Below the pieces are notes generated by a model. That model was not told the origin of the DNA and searched no databases. It was given only the letters and a program-made list of their open reading frames with translations. Of a stretch of 64,000 bases of DNA, positions 48,613 through 58,863 are shown piece by piece; the stretch's first letter is position 1, and the number at the start of each line of letters is the position of its first letter. Made by a program: the position numbers and the translations under genes. The DNA lies in contig JACPMR010000015.1 of assembly GCA_016185945.1 (NCBI GenBank), forward strand, positions 7,256 to 71,255, given 5' to 3'. This stretch comes from Candidatus Woesearchaeota archaeon (GTDB lineage: Archaea; Nanobdellota; Nanobdellia; Woesearchaeales; GW2011-AR4).

Positions 48613-50333
48613 ACCTTCAACTCCTTTTCCATCTGGAGTGTTATTTCCTCAAGCAATTTTTCATAGTCTTTGGCGAATTTGACTTCGCTCAGCCTGTCTT
48701 TTGATTTTGTTGCAAGTATCTGATGAACTCTAACTCCCCCGTCCATTGCTCTATTGCCAAGTTTTGAAAAATGAGAGATTGCCTTCATAATCCTGTATGT
48801 TTTTTTCAAGTCACAGTAAGTGTCGATTTCGTGGAATGCATTCTGCTGCAATAAGACTTCTCTGATTAATCTCGCAACCTGCAAAACCAATTGTTGCCTT
48901 TCAGGCAAAGCATCTGAGCCGACAAGTTGGACAATCTCAAGCAGTTTTTCCTCTTCCTGCAAAATGCTCATCATCTCTCCAACCAAAACATGCCAGTCAC
49001 CTGCAATATGCTTTGCATACCATGGCTGTAATGTTCCCAAATACAATGAATAAGATGTGAGCCAATTTATTGACGGAAAATGCCTTCTTTGAGCAAGTTT
49101 TGCATCAAGAGCCCAGAAGCATTTTGTAACTCTTAAAGTGCTTTGTGTGACTGGCTCTGAAAAGTCGCCGCCAGGAGGTGAAACCGCTCCGATAATGCTG
49201 ACACTTCCTTCTTTCTTTGTTCCAAGAGTGATTACTCTGCCTGCACGTTCATAGAATTGCGCCAATCTTGTGGATAAATAAGCAGGATAGCCCTCCTCGC
49301 CAGGCATTTCCTCTAATCTTGATGAAATTTCCCTCATTGCTTCTGCCCATCTTGATGTTGAGTCAGCCATCAATGCAACTGAATACCCCATATCCCTGAA
49401 GTATTCTGCAATTGTAACTCCTGTATATACACTTGCTTCTCTTGCTGCAACCGGCATGTTGCTTGTGTTTGCAATAAGAACGGTTCTGTTCATCAATGGC
49501 TTACCGCTTCTTGGGTCTATCAGTTCAGGAAACTCTGTAAGAACTTCTACCATTTCATTTCCTCTTTCGCCGCAGCCGACATAAACTATGATATCTGCGT
49601 CAGACCATTTTGCAAGCTGTTGCTGTGAAACCGTCTTTCCAGCTCCAAACGGTCCAGGAATCGCTGCTACGCCTCCTTTTGCCAGTGGGAATAAAGAATC
49701 AAAAATTCTTTGCCCTGTAATCAATGGGAATTCTGGCTTCAGCTTTGAACTCACTGGACGGGCAATTCTTACAGGCCAATTATGCTTTAGGCGAAGCTCA
49801 AATCCATTGTCGAGCTTTCCAATGACGTCGTTGACTGTGAATTTTCCAGATTTAATCTCAATAATCTTTCCTTTTTGGTTTGGTGCCACCATAACTTTAT
49901 GCATAACGCCCGGGTTTTCTTCAATTTCGCCAATAATCTGTCCTGCATTAACTGAGTCGCCATTTTTTACAACTGCCTTGAAATCCCATTTCTTTGATTG
50001 GTCAAGTCCAGGAGCATCAACGCCTCTTTTGATGAAATCCCCCATCTGCTTAATCAAGACAGGCAAAGGCCTTTGGATTCCATCATAAATGCCACCAAGC
50101 ATTCCTGGGCCAAGCTCAACCTTCAACGGCTCGCCTGTGTTTACAACTGGCTCGCCTGGCTTGATTCCAGAAGTGTCCTCATAAACCTGAATGATTGCCT
50201 TTTCCCCTTCAATCTGTATGACTTCACCCATCAAATTTTCATTACCAACTCGGCATACATCATACATTCTCGGCTTTATGCCTTTGGCTACAACAACAGG
50301 GCCTGCAATCCTGTATAAAATTCCTTTGTCCAT
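48609..50333 (-). CDS. atpA: A-type ATP synthase subunit A (no intein)
   Basis: [31 protein letters not shown]. Confidence 0.98.
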   Translation of the reverse strand: MDKGILYRIAGPVVVAKGIKPRMYDVCRVGNENLMGEVIQIEGEKAIIQVYEDTSGIKPGEPVVNTGEPLKVELGPGMLGGIYDGIQRPLPVLIKQMGDFIKRGVDAPGLDQSKKWDFKAVVKNGDSVNAGQIIGEIEENPGVMHKVMVAPNQKGKIIEIKSGKFTVNDVIGKLDNGFELRLKHNWPVRIARPVSSKLKPEFPLITGQRIFDSLFPLAKGGVAAIPGPFGAGKTVSQQQLAKWSDADIIVYVGCGERGNEMVEVLTEFPELIDPRSGKPLMNRTVLIANTSNMPVAAREASVYTGVTIAEYFRDMGYSVALMADSTSRWAEAMREISSRLEEMPGEEGYPAYLSTRLAQFYERAGRVITLGTKKEGSVSIIGAVSPPGGDFSEPVTQSTLRVTKCFWALDAKLAQRRHFPSINWLTSYSLYLGTLQPWYAKHIAGDWHVLVGEMMSILQEEEKLLEIVQLVGSDALPERQQLVLQVARLIREVLLQQNAFHEIDTYCDLKKTYRIMKAISHFSKLGNRAMDGGVRVHQILATKSKDRLSEVKFAKDYEKLLEEITLQMEKELKV

Positions 50334-50334
50334 T

Positions 50335-50634
50335 TTATCTCCACAAATCAACCCCTATTGATTTTTTTATTAACCTTTTAAGGCTGTCCTGCTCAGTTTT
50401 TGTTGATACAGGAATGAAAACAGGGTCAACAGATGCCTCTATTTCAAGCCTTTCATGCATGTCAAGAGCATCCATTATTTTTTCATCAACAACCACAATT
50501 CCTATGTCTTTCCTATTTTTCATATGCTTCAATTCATTATAGTAATTGCCAGTCAATTCTATGGTGTCCTTTATGCCTGCTAACTGAAAACCAACCACGA
50601 ATTCGCTGCCTCCGACAACTGCGATTTTTACCAT
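50335..50634 (-). CDS. atpF: A-type ATP synthase subunit F
   Basis: IAVVG...[16 protein letters not shown]. Confidence 0.92.
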   Translation of the reverse strand: MVKIAVVGGSEFVVGFQLAGIKDTIELTGNYYNELKHMKNRKDIGIVVVDEKIMDALDMHERLEIEASVDPVFIPVSTKTEQDSLKRLIKKSIGVDLWR

Positions 50635-50635
50635 C

Positions 50636-51724
50636 TTAATAAACCAATTGACTTTCGATAAATTCTTCGCTTAGCCCAAGCTGTTTGCCTTTAACAATCA
50701 CCTTCAAATTTCTGACTTCGATATCTTTTGCAAACATATAGCCAAGGATAACATCAACCGTTAATGGATGCTGGTGCGTAAATAAAATTAATTGCTTCAG
50801 CAAGTATTTGTAAAGTTCTGTCTCAAGCACTATCAATGAGTTGCTTTTCTTGAATTCCTCAATGCCTTTTGCAACCAAACTGCCGTATTCAGTTTTACCC
50901 AATGCCTTTGAAAGTTCGTCTAGATTATCAACATCCGCCAAGGATGTGATTTTCGAGTCTCTTAAATAATCACCCGTTGGAATAATAAAATTCTTTACAA
51001 CGTCTTTGCCCAGCTTTGCCTTTTTCATCCTCAGCAATGTTAACAGGTTCAATACCTCAACTTCTTTAAGCAAGAAGTTTTTGAATAATGCTTCTTCTTT
51101 CGGAAGAATTTTTGAAAATTGAATCAAATGACTGTAATAATATTTGTCAAACGCATTTTCTACACTCACTAGATTATTCTTTTCGCGAAAGTCCTTTAGG
51201 GCGTCTTGTAACAATGAAAAATCCACAATTCCATTGCCTTTTAAAATTTCTTCAATAGAGTCCTTTTTCAAAAGGTTTGTCAGAAAATCGTAGCTCAATG
51301 TGCCTGCAGCTGTTATGGAACTTAAGATAATCTTTTCACTTGCATTTGTAAATTTTCCCCTCAGTATGGTTTTGATATCCTCGATATCCTTTCTTTTTAT
51401 ATACTCCTTAACAAGCAATGCCAGCTCCTCGGAGGATATTCTTATCAATTTCTTAAATGACCCAGAAAGATTTCTGTTCAATGCAAGCTCCAACAAATCC
51501 GCTCCCGAGTATTCCCTGGCTAATTCATTGATTTCTTTTTTGTAATGTGATTCCTGAAGAAATTTTGCAATTTCGCTGAAGCTCATCTTGAGCATTTTCA
51601 AGTAGTCGTCCCTTCTAAAAAGCAAAGCCCTCATTACAACAGTCCTTACATAAGTGTAAGGATAAAAGCCAAGCCTTATCTTCCTCCTCAGTTTTTGTCC
51701 TTCAGCCAGTTTTGATTTTAACAT
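50636..51724 (-). CDS. atpC: A-type ATP synthase subunit C
   Basis: YPYTYVR, DIEDIKTILRGK, EVRNLKVIVKGK. Confidence 0.92.
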   Translation of the reverse strand: MLKSKLAEGQKLRRKIRLGFYPYTYVRTVVMRALLFRRDDYLKMLKMSFSEIAKFLQESHYKKEINELAREYSGADLLELALNRNLSGSFKKLIRISSEELALLVKEYIKRKDIEDIKTILRGKFTNASEKIILSSITAAGTLSYDFLTNLLKKDSIEEILKGNGIVDFSLLQDALKDFREKNNLVSVENAFDKYYYSHLIQFSKILPKEEALFKNFLLKEVEVLNLLTLLRMKKAKLGKDVVKNFIIPTGDYLRDSKITSLADVDNLDELSKALGKTEYGSLVAKGIEEFKKSNSLIVLETELYKYLLKQLILFTHQHPLTVDVILGYMFAKDIEVRNLKVIVKGKQLGLSEEFIESQLVY

Positions 51725-51725
51725 T

Positions 51726-52271
51726 TTAACCAAGTAATATGCTGCTTATATGCTGCAATTCTTTGTCTTTTACATTCTGAAGCAAAACCTCAAAGCTGTA
51801 ATCCACTCTTATTGTTTTGTCCTTGTTCTCTGCTATCAGGCCGCCAATAATATCGACAGGCTCGGCATTAAGTCCCTTAAAGAACTTCGTGTCCCTTTTG
51901 TTGCAGTAAAAATACTCTGCCTCGATGTCGTTTTTTGCTTTTTCAAGCAATTTTTTAGCGTACTGCTCTCTCTTTTTGTCGTCCAAGCTTTCAAGCCTTC
52001 TATTAGCTTCATCAAAAACTTCATCAACAGCTTGCTTCTTGACGTCAAGAATCATTTTTTTGTTAGTGAGTTCTGCTGAGATTGTTTCCTGTCTTTTAAG
52101 TACTTCAATCATTTTTTTTGTTTCTGCTTCGCTTTTTTCCCTCATTTCCTCTATTTTCTTCTCAGCTTCCCTCAGCACCCGGTTAGCTTCCTTTCTAGCT
52201 CCGGCTATCAAAGCCACTGACTCTTCTTCAGCATGCTTAATAATTTCTTCCTTTATTTTTTCAATTCCCAT
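51726..52271 (-). CDS. atpE: A-type ATP synthase subunit E
   Basis: MGIEKIKEEI, IIGGLIAE...IRVDYSFE. Confidence 0.9.
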   Translation of the reverse strand: MGIEKIKEEIIKHAEEESVALIAGARKEANRVLREAEKKIEEMREKSEAETKKMIEVLKRQETISAELTNKKMILDVKKQAVDEVFDEANRRLESLDDKKREQYAKKLLEKAKNDIEAEYFYCNKRDTKFFKGLNAEPVDIIGGLIAENKDKTIRVDYSFEVLLQNVKDKELQHISSILLG

Positions 52272-52284
52272 ATTTTGCTCAAGC

Positions 52285-52512
52285 TTAATACTTAAGCGTC
52301 AGTATCAATATTGACACGACTAGCCCGAAAATGACAATTGTTTCTGGTATTACAGTAAGGATTAATCCCTTACCGAAGAGCTCTTCCTTTTCGGCCATTG
52401 CACCGATTGCAGCAACGCCTATGTTCTTTTCAGCCCATGCTGCCGCAAATGCGGAACTAGCAAGCGCTATTGCAGAGCTCAATGCCAAAAGCCCACTACT
52501 CAATTCAACCAT
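52285..52512 (-). CDS. atpK: A-type ATP synthase subunit c/K
   Basis: IPETIVIFG; follows atpI. Confidence 0.93.
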   Translation of the reverse strand: MVELSSGLLALSSAIALASSAFAAAWAEKNIGVAAIGAMAEKEELFGKGLILTVIPETIVIFGLVVSILILTLKY

Positions 52513-52526
52513 TTTTCTTTACCTCC

Positions 52527-54395
52527 TCAATTTTGTTTTTTGATTCCAAATGGCACATATTTGCTTGCGCCACCATGGAAAAATTTTGAAAAAAACTCAA
52601 CATAATGCAATCTTAATGAATGCAAAAAGCTTCCCAACAAACCCAAGCCAATGTTGATTATGTGTCCAATTAAAAGTATTATTACTCCAAATAATATCAT
52701 GACAGGGCTGCCGTGAAAGAACTGCTCGCTTTGGTGGTTTATCACCATGGCTAATTGCACTGAGCTTACTCCTATTGCCATAAGTCGCGCATATGATAGG
52801 GTATTGCTAAATAAACTTGGGATTTCTATTGGCCCTCTAACACCCTCTCCTTTGTAAAGCATTAAGATGATTATTATAAACAGTAATATAATACCTATAA
52901 CAAGATTTAACAGGTTAATTAATGAATTTATATATAAATACAAAAGCAACACGAGTCCAATTTGTAATATAAACCAACTTCCTTTTGCATAAATCGCATG
53001 CACAAGTCCGTGGGATTTAAACTCGTTTATAAATCCTAGCGTAAATCCAATGTTAAGGTGCACTACCCCTATGCCAATTGCTATGTAAAGCAAAGGCATT
53101 AACTCGTGTGACCTGCTCAGCAAATGGGGTATTTCTCTTCCAAACAATTCCTCAAAACCAAAGAACTCGCCAAAAATTAAGCCAAAAATCATTGTTGAAA
53201 GTGACGCCAGAATAAAGATATTGAAGAAATGCCTTGCTTTTGGAATCATTTTTTTAAGCACCAAAGCGATAATCAATGTCACAAGTCCATAGCCAAAATC
53301 ACCAAGCATGAATCCAAATAGGATTGGAAATGTCAAAAACAGGAAGAATGTGGGATCAAGTTCTTTGTATAAGGGCATTGTGTAAAGATTCATAAGGACC
53401 TCGAATGAATTTATTAGCTTTGGATTTTTAAGCTTTATTGGAACTTTGTCGTGCTTCTTGGCCGGCTCGAAATGCACTAAAATTTTGTTTTTTGTCGCTG
53501 TTTTTAATCTTTCTATAGATTTGCTTAAATCGTCAGTTGGAATCCATCCTTTGATGAGAAAACTGCTGGGTGTTGATGCAAACATCAAAGGAGCTTCTGC
53601 TTTTTCCAGCTCTATCCTTAAGAATTTGTCTGCTGCCAGCAAAAAGCTTTCGTATTCATTGCTTAATTTTTCAAGATTTTTTTTGACGCTTTCTATTTTA
53701 TTGTGAAGCTTTGAGATTTCCTCTTCAATTTTACTCAAATTGCTTAGCGCAGTTCCTTTGAAATCGCTTATATGTATAAAGTTTAGAGGCAAAAATCCTG
53801 CTTTTTGCAAAAACTGGATTATTTGCTCTTTCTTTTTAACATCAACAAATAAAACTATGAAAATGCCTTTTTGTGTTGCGCTGTCAAACAGCATGAATTC
53901 ATTTGTTATTTTTGACAATTCTTCTCTTAGTGTCAAGATGTATTTTGACTTGATGTATCCGATAAAATAAGCCAGTGATTTATAAGAGATAAAATATTCA
54001 AGAGGAACATTGACATCTTTTAGAATTTCCAGCTCTTGCTTTACAGCGTCTTTTTTTGCCAATTGCTCTTCTATACTCTTCAGTCCCTCTAAATTTTTGG
54101 TTACCTCATCGCTGAGCTTTTTCGTTGTTGATTCTATCTCCAAAAGACTCTTTTTAAGCTTGAATGTGGCTTCTTCCTGCTTAATGTTTAATGTAGAGAT
54201 TAACGCTCTTATTTTGACTAGAATTTCAGAAAGTTTGCTTGCACTCTCCAATGGCTTGCCTATGTCTGCTAATTTGCTTTTGGAGTGCTCAACGATGTGG
54301 AGTATTTTCATATCATGAAGTTCTTTAACAGCAGTCTCTTGCACATTGTTTGGGCCTGCTATTATTACCCTGCTCATCCGGTAAGGAGCCAGCAT
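52527..54395 (-). CDS. atpI: A-type ATP synthase subunit I (a)
   Basis: GWIP, ELDPT, FGFMLGDFGYG, LSYARLMA, LRLHYVEFF. Confidence 0.96.
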   Translation of the reverse strand: MLAPYRMSRVIIAGPNNVQETAVKELHDMKILHIVEHSKSKLADIGKPLESASKLSEILVKIRALISTLNIKQEEATFKLKKSLLEIESTTKKLSDEVTKNLEGLKSIEEQLAKKDAVKQELEILKDVNVPLEYFISYKSLAYFIGYIKSKYILTLREELSKITNEFMLFDSATQKGIFIVLFVDVKKKEQIIQFLQKAGFLPLNFIHISDFKGTALSNLSKIEEEISKLHNKIESVKKNLEKLSNEYESFLLAADKFLRIELEKAEAPLMFASTPSSFLIKGWIPTDDLSKSIERLKTATKNKILVHFEPAKKHDKVPIKLKNPKLINSFEVLMNLYTMPLYKELDPTFFLFLTFPILFGFMLGDFGYGLVTLIIALVLKKMIPKARHFFNIFILASLSTMIFGLIFGEFFGFEELFGREIPHLLSRSHELMPLLYIAIGIGVVHLNIGFTLGFINEFKSHGLVHAIYAKGSWFILQIGLVLLLYLYINSLINLLNLVIGIILLFIIIILMLYKGEGVRGPIEIPSLFSNTLSYARLMAIGVSSVQLAMVINHQSEQFFHGSPVMILFGVIILLIGHIINIGLGLLGSFLHSLRLHYVEFFSKFFHGGASKYVPFGIKKQN

Positions 54396-54396
54396 T

Positions 54397-54738
54397 TTAT
54401 ATAGTTTCCTCGAACTTTTTCATTACAAACTCGACAGCTTTTGCTTTGTTTTTTTCTGTCTTTGCCTTTAACTGCTTTGCTTGCGCTTTGCCTTCTGCCA
54501 TTTTTTCTTCTGCAACAAGTTTTAGCTTTTCTCTGAAATCCGCCAGCTTTTTTTCCTGCCCTTTTCCAATTTCCCCCTCTTTTTCTGTAATTAATCTTGA
54601 AGAATTTCTAGATGCTTCTCGCAAGATTGACTCGCTTTCCCTTTTGGCTCTTTCTATTATTTCGTCTGCCTTTTTCTCTGCTTCCTTGATTTCCAGCAAA
54701 ATCTCTGCTTCCTGTGAATTTTTTGATTCGGCTTCCAT
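54397..54738 (-). CDS. atpH: A-type ATP synthase subunit H
   Basis: EIKEAEKKADEIIERAK; first gene of the operon. Confidence 0.85.
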   Translation of the reverse strand: MEAESKNSQEAEILLEIKEAEKKADEIIERAKRESESILREASRNSSRLITEKEGEIGKGQEKKLADFREKLKLVAEEKMAEGKAQAKQLKAKTEKNKAKAVEFVMKKFEETI

Positions 54739-55020
54739 TTTTATCTCGAGAGCAAATTGGCTTTTTCGAGCGTCTTAATAAAATATTCTATTTGTTATAG
54801 GGAAAACATTTGTAAATAACAAATATAAAATACTTACTATATATTTTTCTTATTTTATATTTGGGTTTTATTTTTTAACAAAGCTATGTTCTTTTGAGCC
54901 ATGTCTTTTGAGCAATTTGTGCTTTATGCAAAGTATTTTGCGGCATTAATAGCCGGTATTATCATAGGAAGGCTAACAATGGCTATACAATATGCTCTTA
55001 TAAAGCCGAAGCCCAAATAG

Positions 55021-55893
55021 TTATCTTTCTATCTCTTTTGTGATAGCCCAGTCTGTGATTACCTCTGCTATAGTTGTCAATGAATTCCTTATCCTTTCCA
55101 TATCATAATACTTTATGTCTTTAACCTCAAAATTCCCAATTTTGCTGACTTTTTTTATGAATTGCAGTGCTGTTTTGTGGTTTAGGGTGTTAGTATTCTC
55201 TATTATGCTTTGAAGCTGATCAATCACATCATAAATCTTATTCAGAAATTCCAGTTCCTTGTTGCTTATCCTGATTAAATGGTCAACCGTCCTTTCCAAA
55301 TCTTTGGAGATTAAAGAGATATAATACAAATCAATTGTTTTAAGCTTTGTTACTCTTTCAAAAGCCAATGAGCTAATAATTGATTTCTCAATAATCATCT
55401 TAATTCTGTCAATCTCGTCTTCGTACCTTTCAATAAGCTCCTTGTCATAGCTCTTCTGCATTACTGTTATCATGTTCTTTATCTTCTTTACCATTGTCTT
55501 GAGCAATGACTCTGGATCGCTAATGGAAACAGCGCCATGGCATGTTATCTGCTTCTTGTCAATTTCGACTGATTCCAGGCTGATTAATCGCTTCTGGTTG
55601 AGAAGTTTTGTGAAGTCCATTTCCTTTTCAAGGTTAATTTCAAATGAGCTTGCAGGATTGACATAGCAAGCAACTACGAGCTTATGTATAATGTCTTGGT
55701 CGTCTTCTGAAATGCTGAATTTCAAATGTTTTAGTTTTTTTTCAATAATGTGCGGAGAAACAATTAAAGTGCCGTCGCTGCTCTGCTCTATGCTTACCTT
55801 TGACTTTGAGCCTATTTTATGCTCTCTGCACCACAATGTAGGCAAATAGAGGTAATGCATGTCGCCTGTCTTCTGCACATTTCTAACTTCCAT
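55021..55893 (-). CDS. phoU: Archaeal PhoU-like regulator with N-terminal AbrB domain
   Basis: MEVRNVQKTG..Y..LP..W, DEIDR, ISKDLERTVDH. Confidence 0.8.
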   Translation of the reverse strand: MEVRNVQKTGDMHYLYLPTLWCREHKIGSKSKVSIEQSSDGTLIVSPHIIEKKLKHLKFSISEDDQDIIHKLVVACYVNPASSFEINLEKEMDFTKLLNQKRLISLESVEIDKKQITCHGAVSISDPESLLKTMVKKIKNMITVMQKSYDKELIERYEDEIDRIKMIIEKSIISSLAFERVTKLKTIDLYYISLISKDLERTVDHLIRISNKELEFLNKIYDVIDQLQSIIENTNTLNHKTALQFIKKVSKIGNFEVKDIKYYDMERIRNSLTTIAEVITDWAITKEIER

Positions 55894-56015
55894 ATATTTA
55901 GTAAGTACTTAGGCAGTATTTATAAAACTTTTGCATTATTTGTTGATTTATTTTCTATATAGAAGAATAATATATAAGAATAAAGTTTTTATACACAAAA
56001 ATCTTTTAATTAGTT

Positions 56016-56441
56016 ATGAAAGTTAAAGAGGTACTACACAGAATTATGAAGATTTCTTCCGACACTAGTGTTGCTGAAGCTGCAAGAATAATGAGTGAGA
56101 AGCTGACTGGTTCTGTTTTAGTGGAAGAAGATGGTGATGTTATTGGTATAATGACTGAAAGGGATATGATGCGCAAGGTTGTTGCAAAAGCCAAAAATGC
56201 CAATCAGTTGAAAGTGAAAGACATAATGAGCACTCCCCTCATTACGATTGATGCAAACGAGGATATTTTAGAGGCAAGCAGAATAATGGATCGGCACAGG
56301 ATAAGAAGACTTATTGTTGTTGAAGATGGTAAGATTATAGGGAAAGTCACAGCCAATAGCATTTCTAGAAATCTTAAATATTTGTTAGCGAGAGACACGT
56401 CAATGTATTCTAAAACCGAATATTATGGGCATAGAGAATAA
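56016..56441 (+). CDS. CBS-pair domain protein
   Basis: GIMTERD, VKDIMSTPLITI, IRRLIVV. Confidence 0.93.
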   Translation: MKVKEVLHRIMKISSDTSVAEAARIMSEKLTGSVLVEEDGDVIGIMTERDMMRKVVAKAKNANQLKVKDIMSTPLITIDANEDILEASRIMDRHRIRRLIVVEDGKIIGKVTANSISRNLKYLLARDTSMYSKTEYYGHRE

Positions 56442-56484
56442 AAACAATAAAATTTATTAGACAAGCGCATGTCCTCATTCATAT

Positions 56485-56624
56485 GCGCCGGTAGCTCAGC
56501 TTGGTGAGGCTAGCGAGCACTCGCTTTGCTTCGTGCAAATAGAGCGAAAGGTTCCTAACCTTTAGGCCGGGGGCATGATTGAGTACATGCTCTTTCATCC
56601 CGAATTCGAATCCTCCCCGGCGCG
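56485..56624 (+). tRNA. tRNA-Arg(CCT) with two non-canonical BHB introns (D-loop about 56505-56538; 53/54: 56574-56604)
   Basis: Acceptor GCGCCGG/CCGGCGC; AAAGG-TTCCTAA-CCTTT; BHB CGGG-GG^C...CCCG-AA^T; 75 nt after splicing. Confidence 0.88.
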
Positions 56625-56651
56625 TTTATAAATTTAAAAATAAATATAAAT

Positions 56652-56797
56652 CTAACTATATGATACCCATTATCTGCTTCAGCGATGTGGGTACCCCTCA
56701 TATAACTTGTTCCACCTAATGATGAACAATAAAGTGCATTAAGCACACTGCCTCGTACTGATGAGGAACCCATGGAGTAGTGCTATCTAGCATAGCA
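56652..56797. repeat. Degenerate family-1 element
   Basis: ACCCAT..GTGGGTACCCCTCATA (cf. ATGGGTGCCCCGCATA); core CCACC-N16-AGTGC 56712-56737. Confidence 0.6.
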
Positions 56798-56873
56798 TGA
56801 AAAATTGTATCCGAAGCGAGAGAGCAGAAAAAATTATTTGAAATCGAAGTACATTCTTAAATTACAAGAAACA

Positions 56874-56965
56874 TTGCCAACCACAAAAATCTTTTAGCAA
56901 ATTGTTGTGGTTGGCAAGATAGCAAACCACAGCTATTATACCCATCTATTTCTGTGGTTTGCTAT
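56874..56965. repeat. Two tandem related palindromes GC(C/A)AACCACA...TGTGGTT(G/T)GC
   Basis: TTGCCAACCACAA-N18-TTGTGGTTGGCAA and ATAGCAAACCACAG-N19-CTGTGGTTTGCTAT. Confidence 0.8.
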
Positions 56966-56975
56966 ATAAGTAAAT

Positions 56976-58388
56976 TTATTTCACAAACCTCTTCACAATC
57001 TCCATCACTTTCTTCCCATCAACCTTTCCCCTGTACTTTGCCATTATCAAGCCCATATAGGCGCTTTGCGTCAGATTTGGTTTTTCTTCAATTATTTTTT
57101 TTATTTCTTTTTCCAAATCTTTTTCAGAAACAGATTCAAAATGCTTTATATCGATTTTCTCTCCAAGCGCCTTTTTTTCCAATAAATCCATTATGGCTTC
57201 TTTTGCTATTTTTCCTTCAGCAAAATATGAAAGCACTTCCTCAAAATCTTTAACATCTAATTTTCCTTTTATTTCAGTGGGTGTATTTACTATAGTCCTG
57301 GCTATAAGCAAAGGCTCTAATTTTCCCAATTTTTTTACAAGAGATTCAAATTCTGTGTCAATCAAATCTTTTCCTACACCTTTAGGCAATCCGTATTTTT
57401 TCTCGAATTCTTCAACTTTTTCTGTTAATAATTTTGGTAATGATTTTCTTAGTCTCTCAATATATGTTTTGTCAACTCTTACTGGCAAAACATCTGTTTC
57501 AGGGTAAAGACGAGCAGCACCCGGCAATGGCCTAAGAAAAGCTGCTGTGAAGTTTGGCTCTGCCTTTCTTACCTCTTTTTCAAGCTTCTTGCCGTGATTT
57601 ATTGCCTCAAGCTGCCTTTTCACTTCATATTCTATCACTTTAGGAATGCTTCTCAAGTCCTGAAAGCCCTTTATCTCTGTTCGTGCTCCGCCTGATATTG
57701 AAATATTGACATCCTGCCTTATTGTACCAAGCCCTCTTTTTACTCCTTCAACGCTTCGCAGAATCATGCCGATATGAGCAGCAACCTCTTTTGCATGTTC
57801 AGGACTTTTTATGTCGGTGCTTGTTGCAATTTCTATTAGAGGAATGCCTAATCTGTCAAGCCTGTACCTTACAAAGTCTTTGTCTTCTTCTAATTTCTGT
57901 GCTGCCTCTTCTTCTAGGCAGATTGTTGGAATTCTAACATTACCAAGAGAAGTTTCAATAAAACCATTGATTGCAACCAATACAGTCCTCTGAAAGCCTG
58001 ATACGTTACTGCCATCAACAACAGTCTTGCGCATTACTTGAATTTCGTCGACTATTTTTGCGTTTAACAATAAAGCAACTTTCAATGTTGTTTCAAGGGC
58101 TTGCGTGTTCAATTTATGTGGCGGCTCTTCGTCTGTCTCTACAAGGCAAACATCCTCGGAATTTGCCTCATAGATTATCTTCTTTTTCTTCATCATCTCA
58201 AATTCCGCTGCAACATCTATGTCGCCTGTTTCTCCAGCTACCGCCTTCAATTTTCTCTCGAATTTTATGTCTGGTTCTTTAGTAGAATTCAAAGTAAGGC
58301 AATTGCAGAATAGTTTTTTGCCTTCTAATTGCTGGTGGATTTCTAAACCACATTTAAATCCAATTTCTTCATAGTTTATTTTTTCCAT
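56976..58388 (-). CDS. gatE: Glu-tRNA(Gln) amidotransferase subunit E (short form)
   Basis: GLEIHQQL..KLFC, MRKTVVDGSNVSGFQRT, RGLGTIRQDVN, PGAARLYPETD. Confidence 0.96.
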   Translation of the reverse strand: MEKINYEEIGFKCGLEIHQQLEGKKLFCNCLTLNSTKEPDIKFERKLKAVAGETGDIDVAAEFEMMKKKKIIYEANSEDVCLVETDEEPPHKLNTQALETTLKVALLLNAKIVDEIQVMRKTVVDGSNVSGFQRTVLVAINGFIETSLGNVRIPTICLEEEAAQKLEEDKDFVRYRLDRLGIPLIEIATSTDIKSPEHAKEVAAHIGMILRSVEGVKRGLGTIRQDVNISISGGARTEIKGFQDLRSIPKVIEYEVKRQLEAINHGKKLEKEVRKAEPNFTAAFLRPLPGAARLYPETDVLPVRVDKTYIERLRKSLPKLLTEKVEEFEKKYGLPKGVGKDLIDTEFESLVKKLGKLEPLLIARTIVNTPTEIKGKLDVKDFEEVLSYFAEGKIAKEAIMDLLEKKALGEKIDIKHFESVSEKDLEKEIKKIIEEKPNLTQSAYMGLIMAKYRGKVDGKKVMEIVKRFVK

Positions 58389-58410
58389 TTTTTATTATGT
58401 GTTATCATAG

Positions 58411-58465
58411 ATAGTGAGCGAGGTTAATACCTCGCGAGGGTAACATTTGCCGAAGGCGGATTGAA
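58411..58465 (+). repeat. Family-2 hairpin element (short)
   Basis: ATAGTGAGCGAGG..CCTCGCGAGGGTAACATTTGCCGAAGGCGGATTGAA. Confidence 0.7.
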
Positions 58466-58623
58466 TTGGTAGTTATTATGTTTTATTTCAAGTTTTTCTT
58501 TAGTTTATATTTTTGTGCTTCTTGTCCTACTTAAAAACTAACATTTTTAAGTTCGTCAGAAACTTCGTTTATGCCGATGCCAATTTGGACATTTCAATAA
58601 AAATTATTTCTTCAAGCAATGAA

Positions 58624-58863
58624 TTATTTCCTTTCCCAAACAACAACATTATCTTTAGCGACTTTTTTTATCCTATGCAATGGGATGTTTGTTTCTTCCT
58701 CATTGTCCAAAACCATAAAAGAACCTTCCAGTTTTTTAATTTTTGTATAAGGGATTTTTATTAATGTTTTTTGAATCCTGTCAAAATAAAAAAGTGTATA
58801 TTGCTCTGGGTTTTCCCTTTTGTCCCATTTTATCTTGTTGAGCAAATCTTTGATTGTAATCAT
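58624..58863 (-). CDS. DUF504/MJ1316-like small protein
   Basis: LLNKIKWD...IPLHRI...VVWER. Confidence 0.88.
   Translation of the reverse strand: MITIKDLLNKIKWDKRENPEQYTLFYFDRIQKTLIKIPYTKIKKLEGSFMVLDNEEETNIPLHRIKKVAKDNVVVWERK

Noticed and set aside
56976..58388. GatE is shorter than canonical
   Set aside because: Consistent with loss of the AspRS-like insertion domain; catalytic motifs intact, so not treated as a pseudogene
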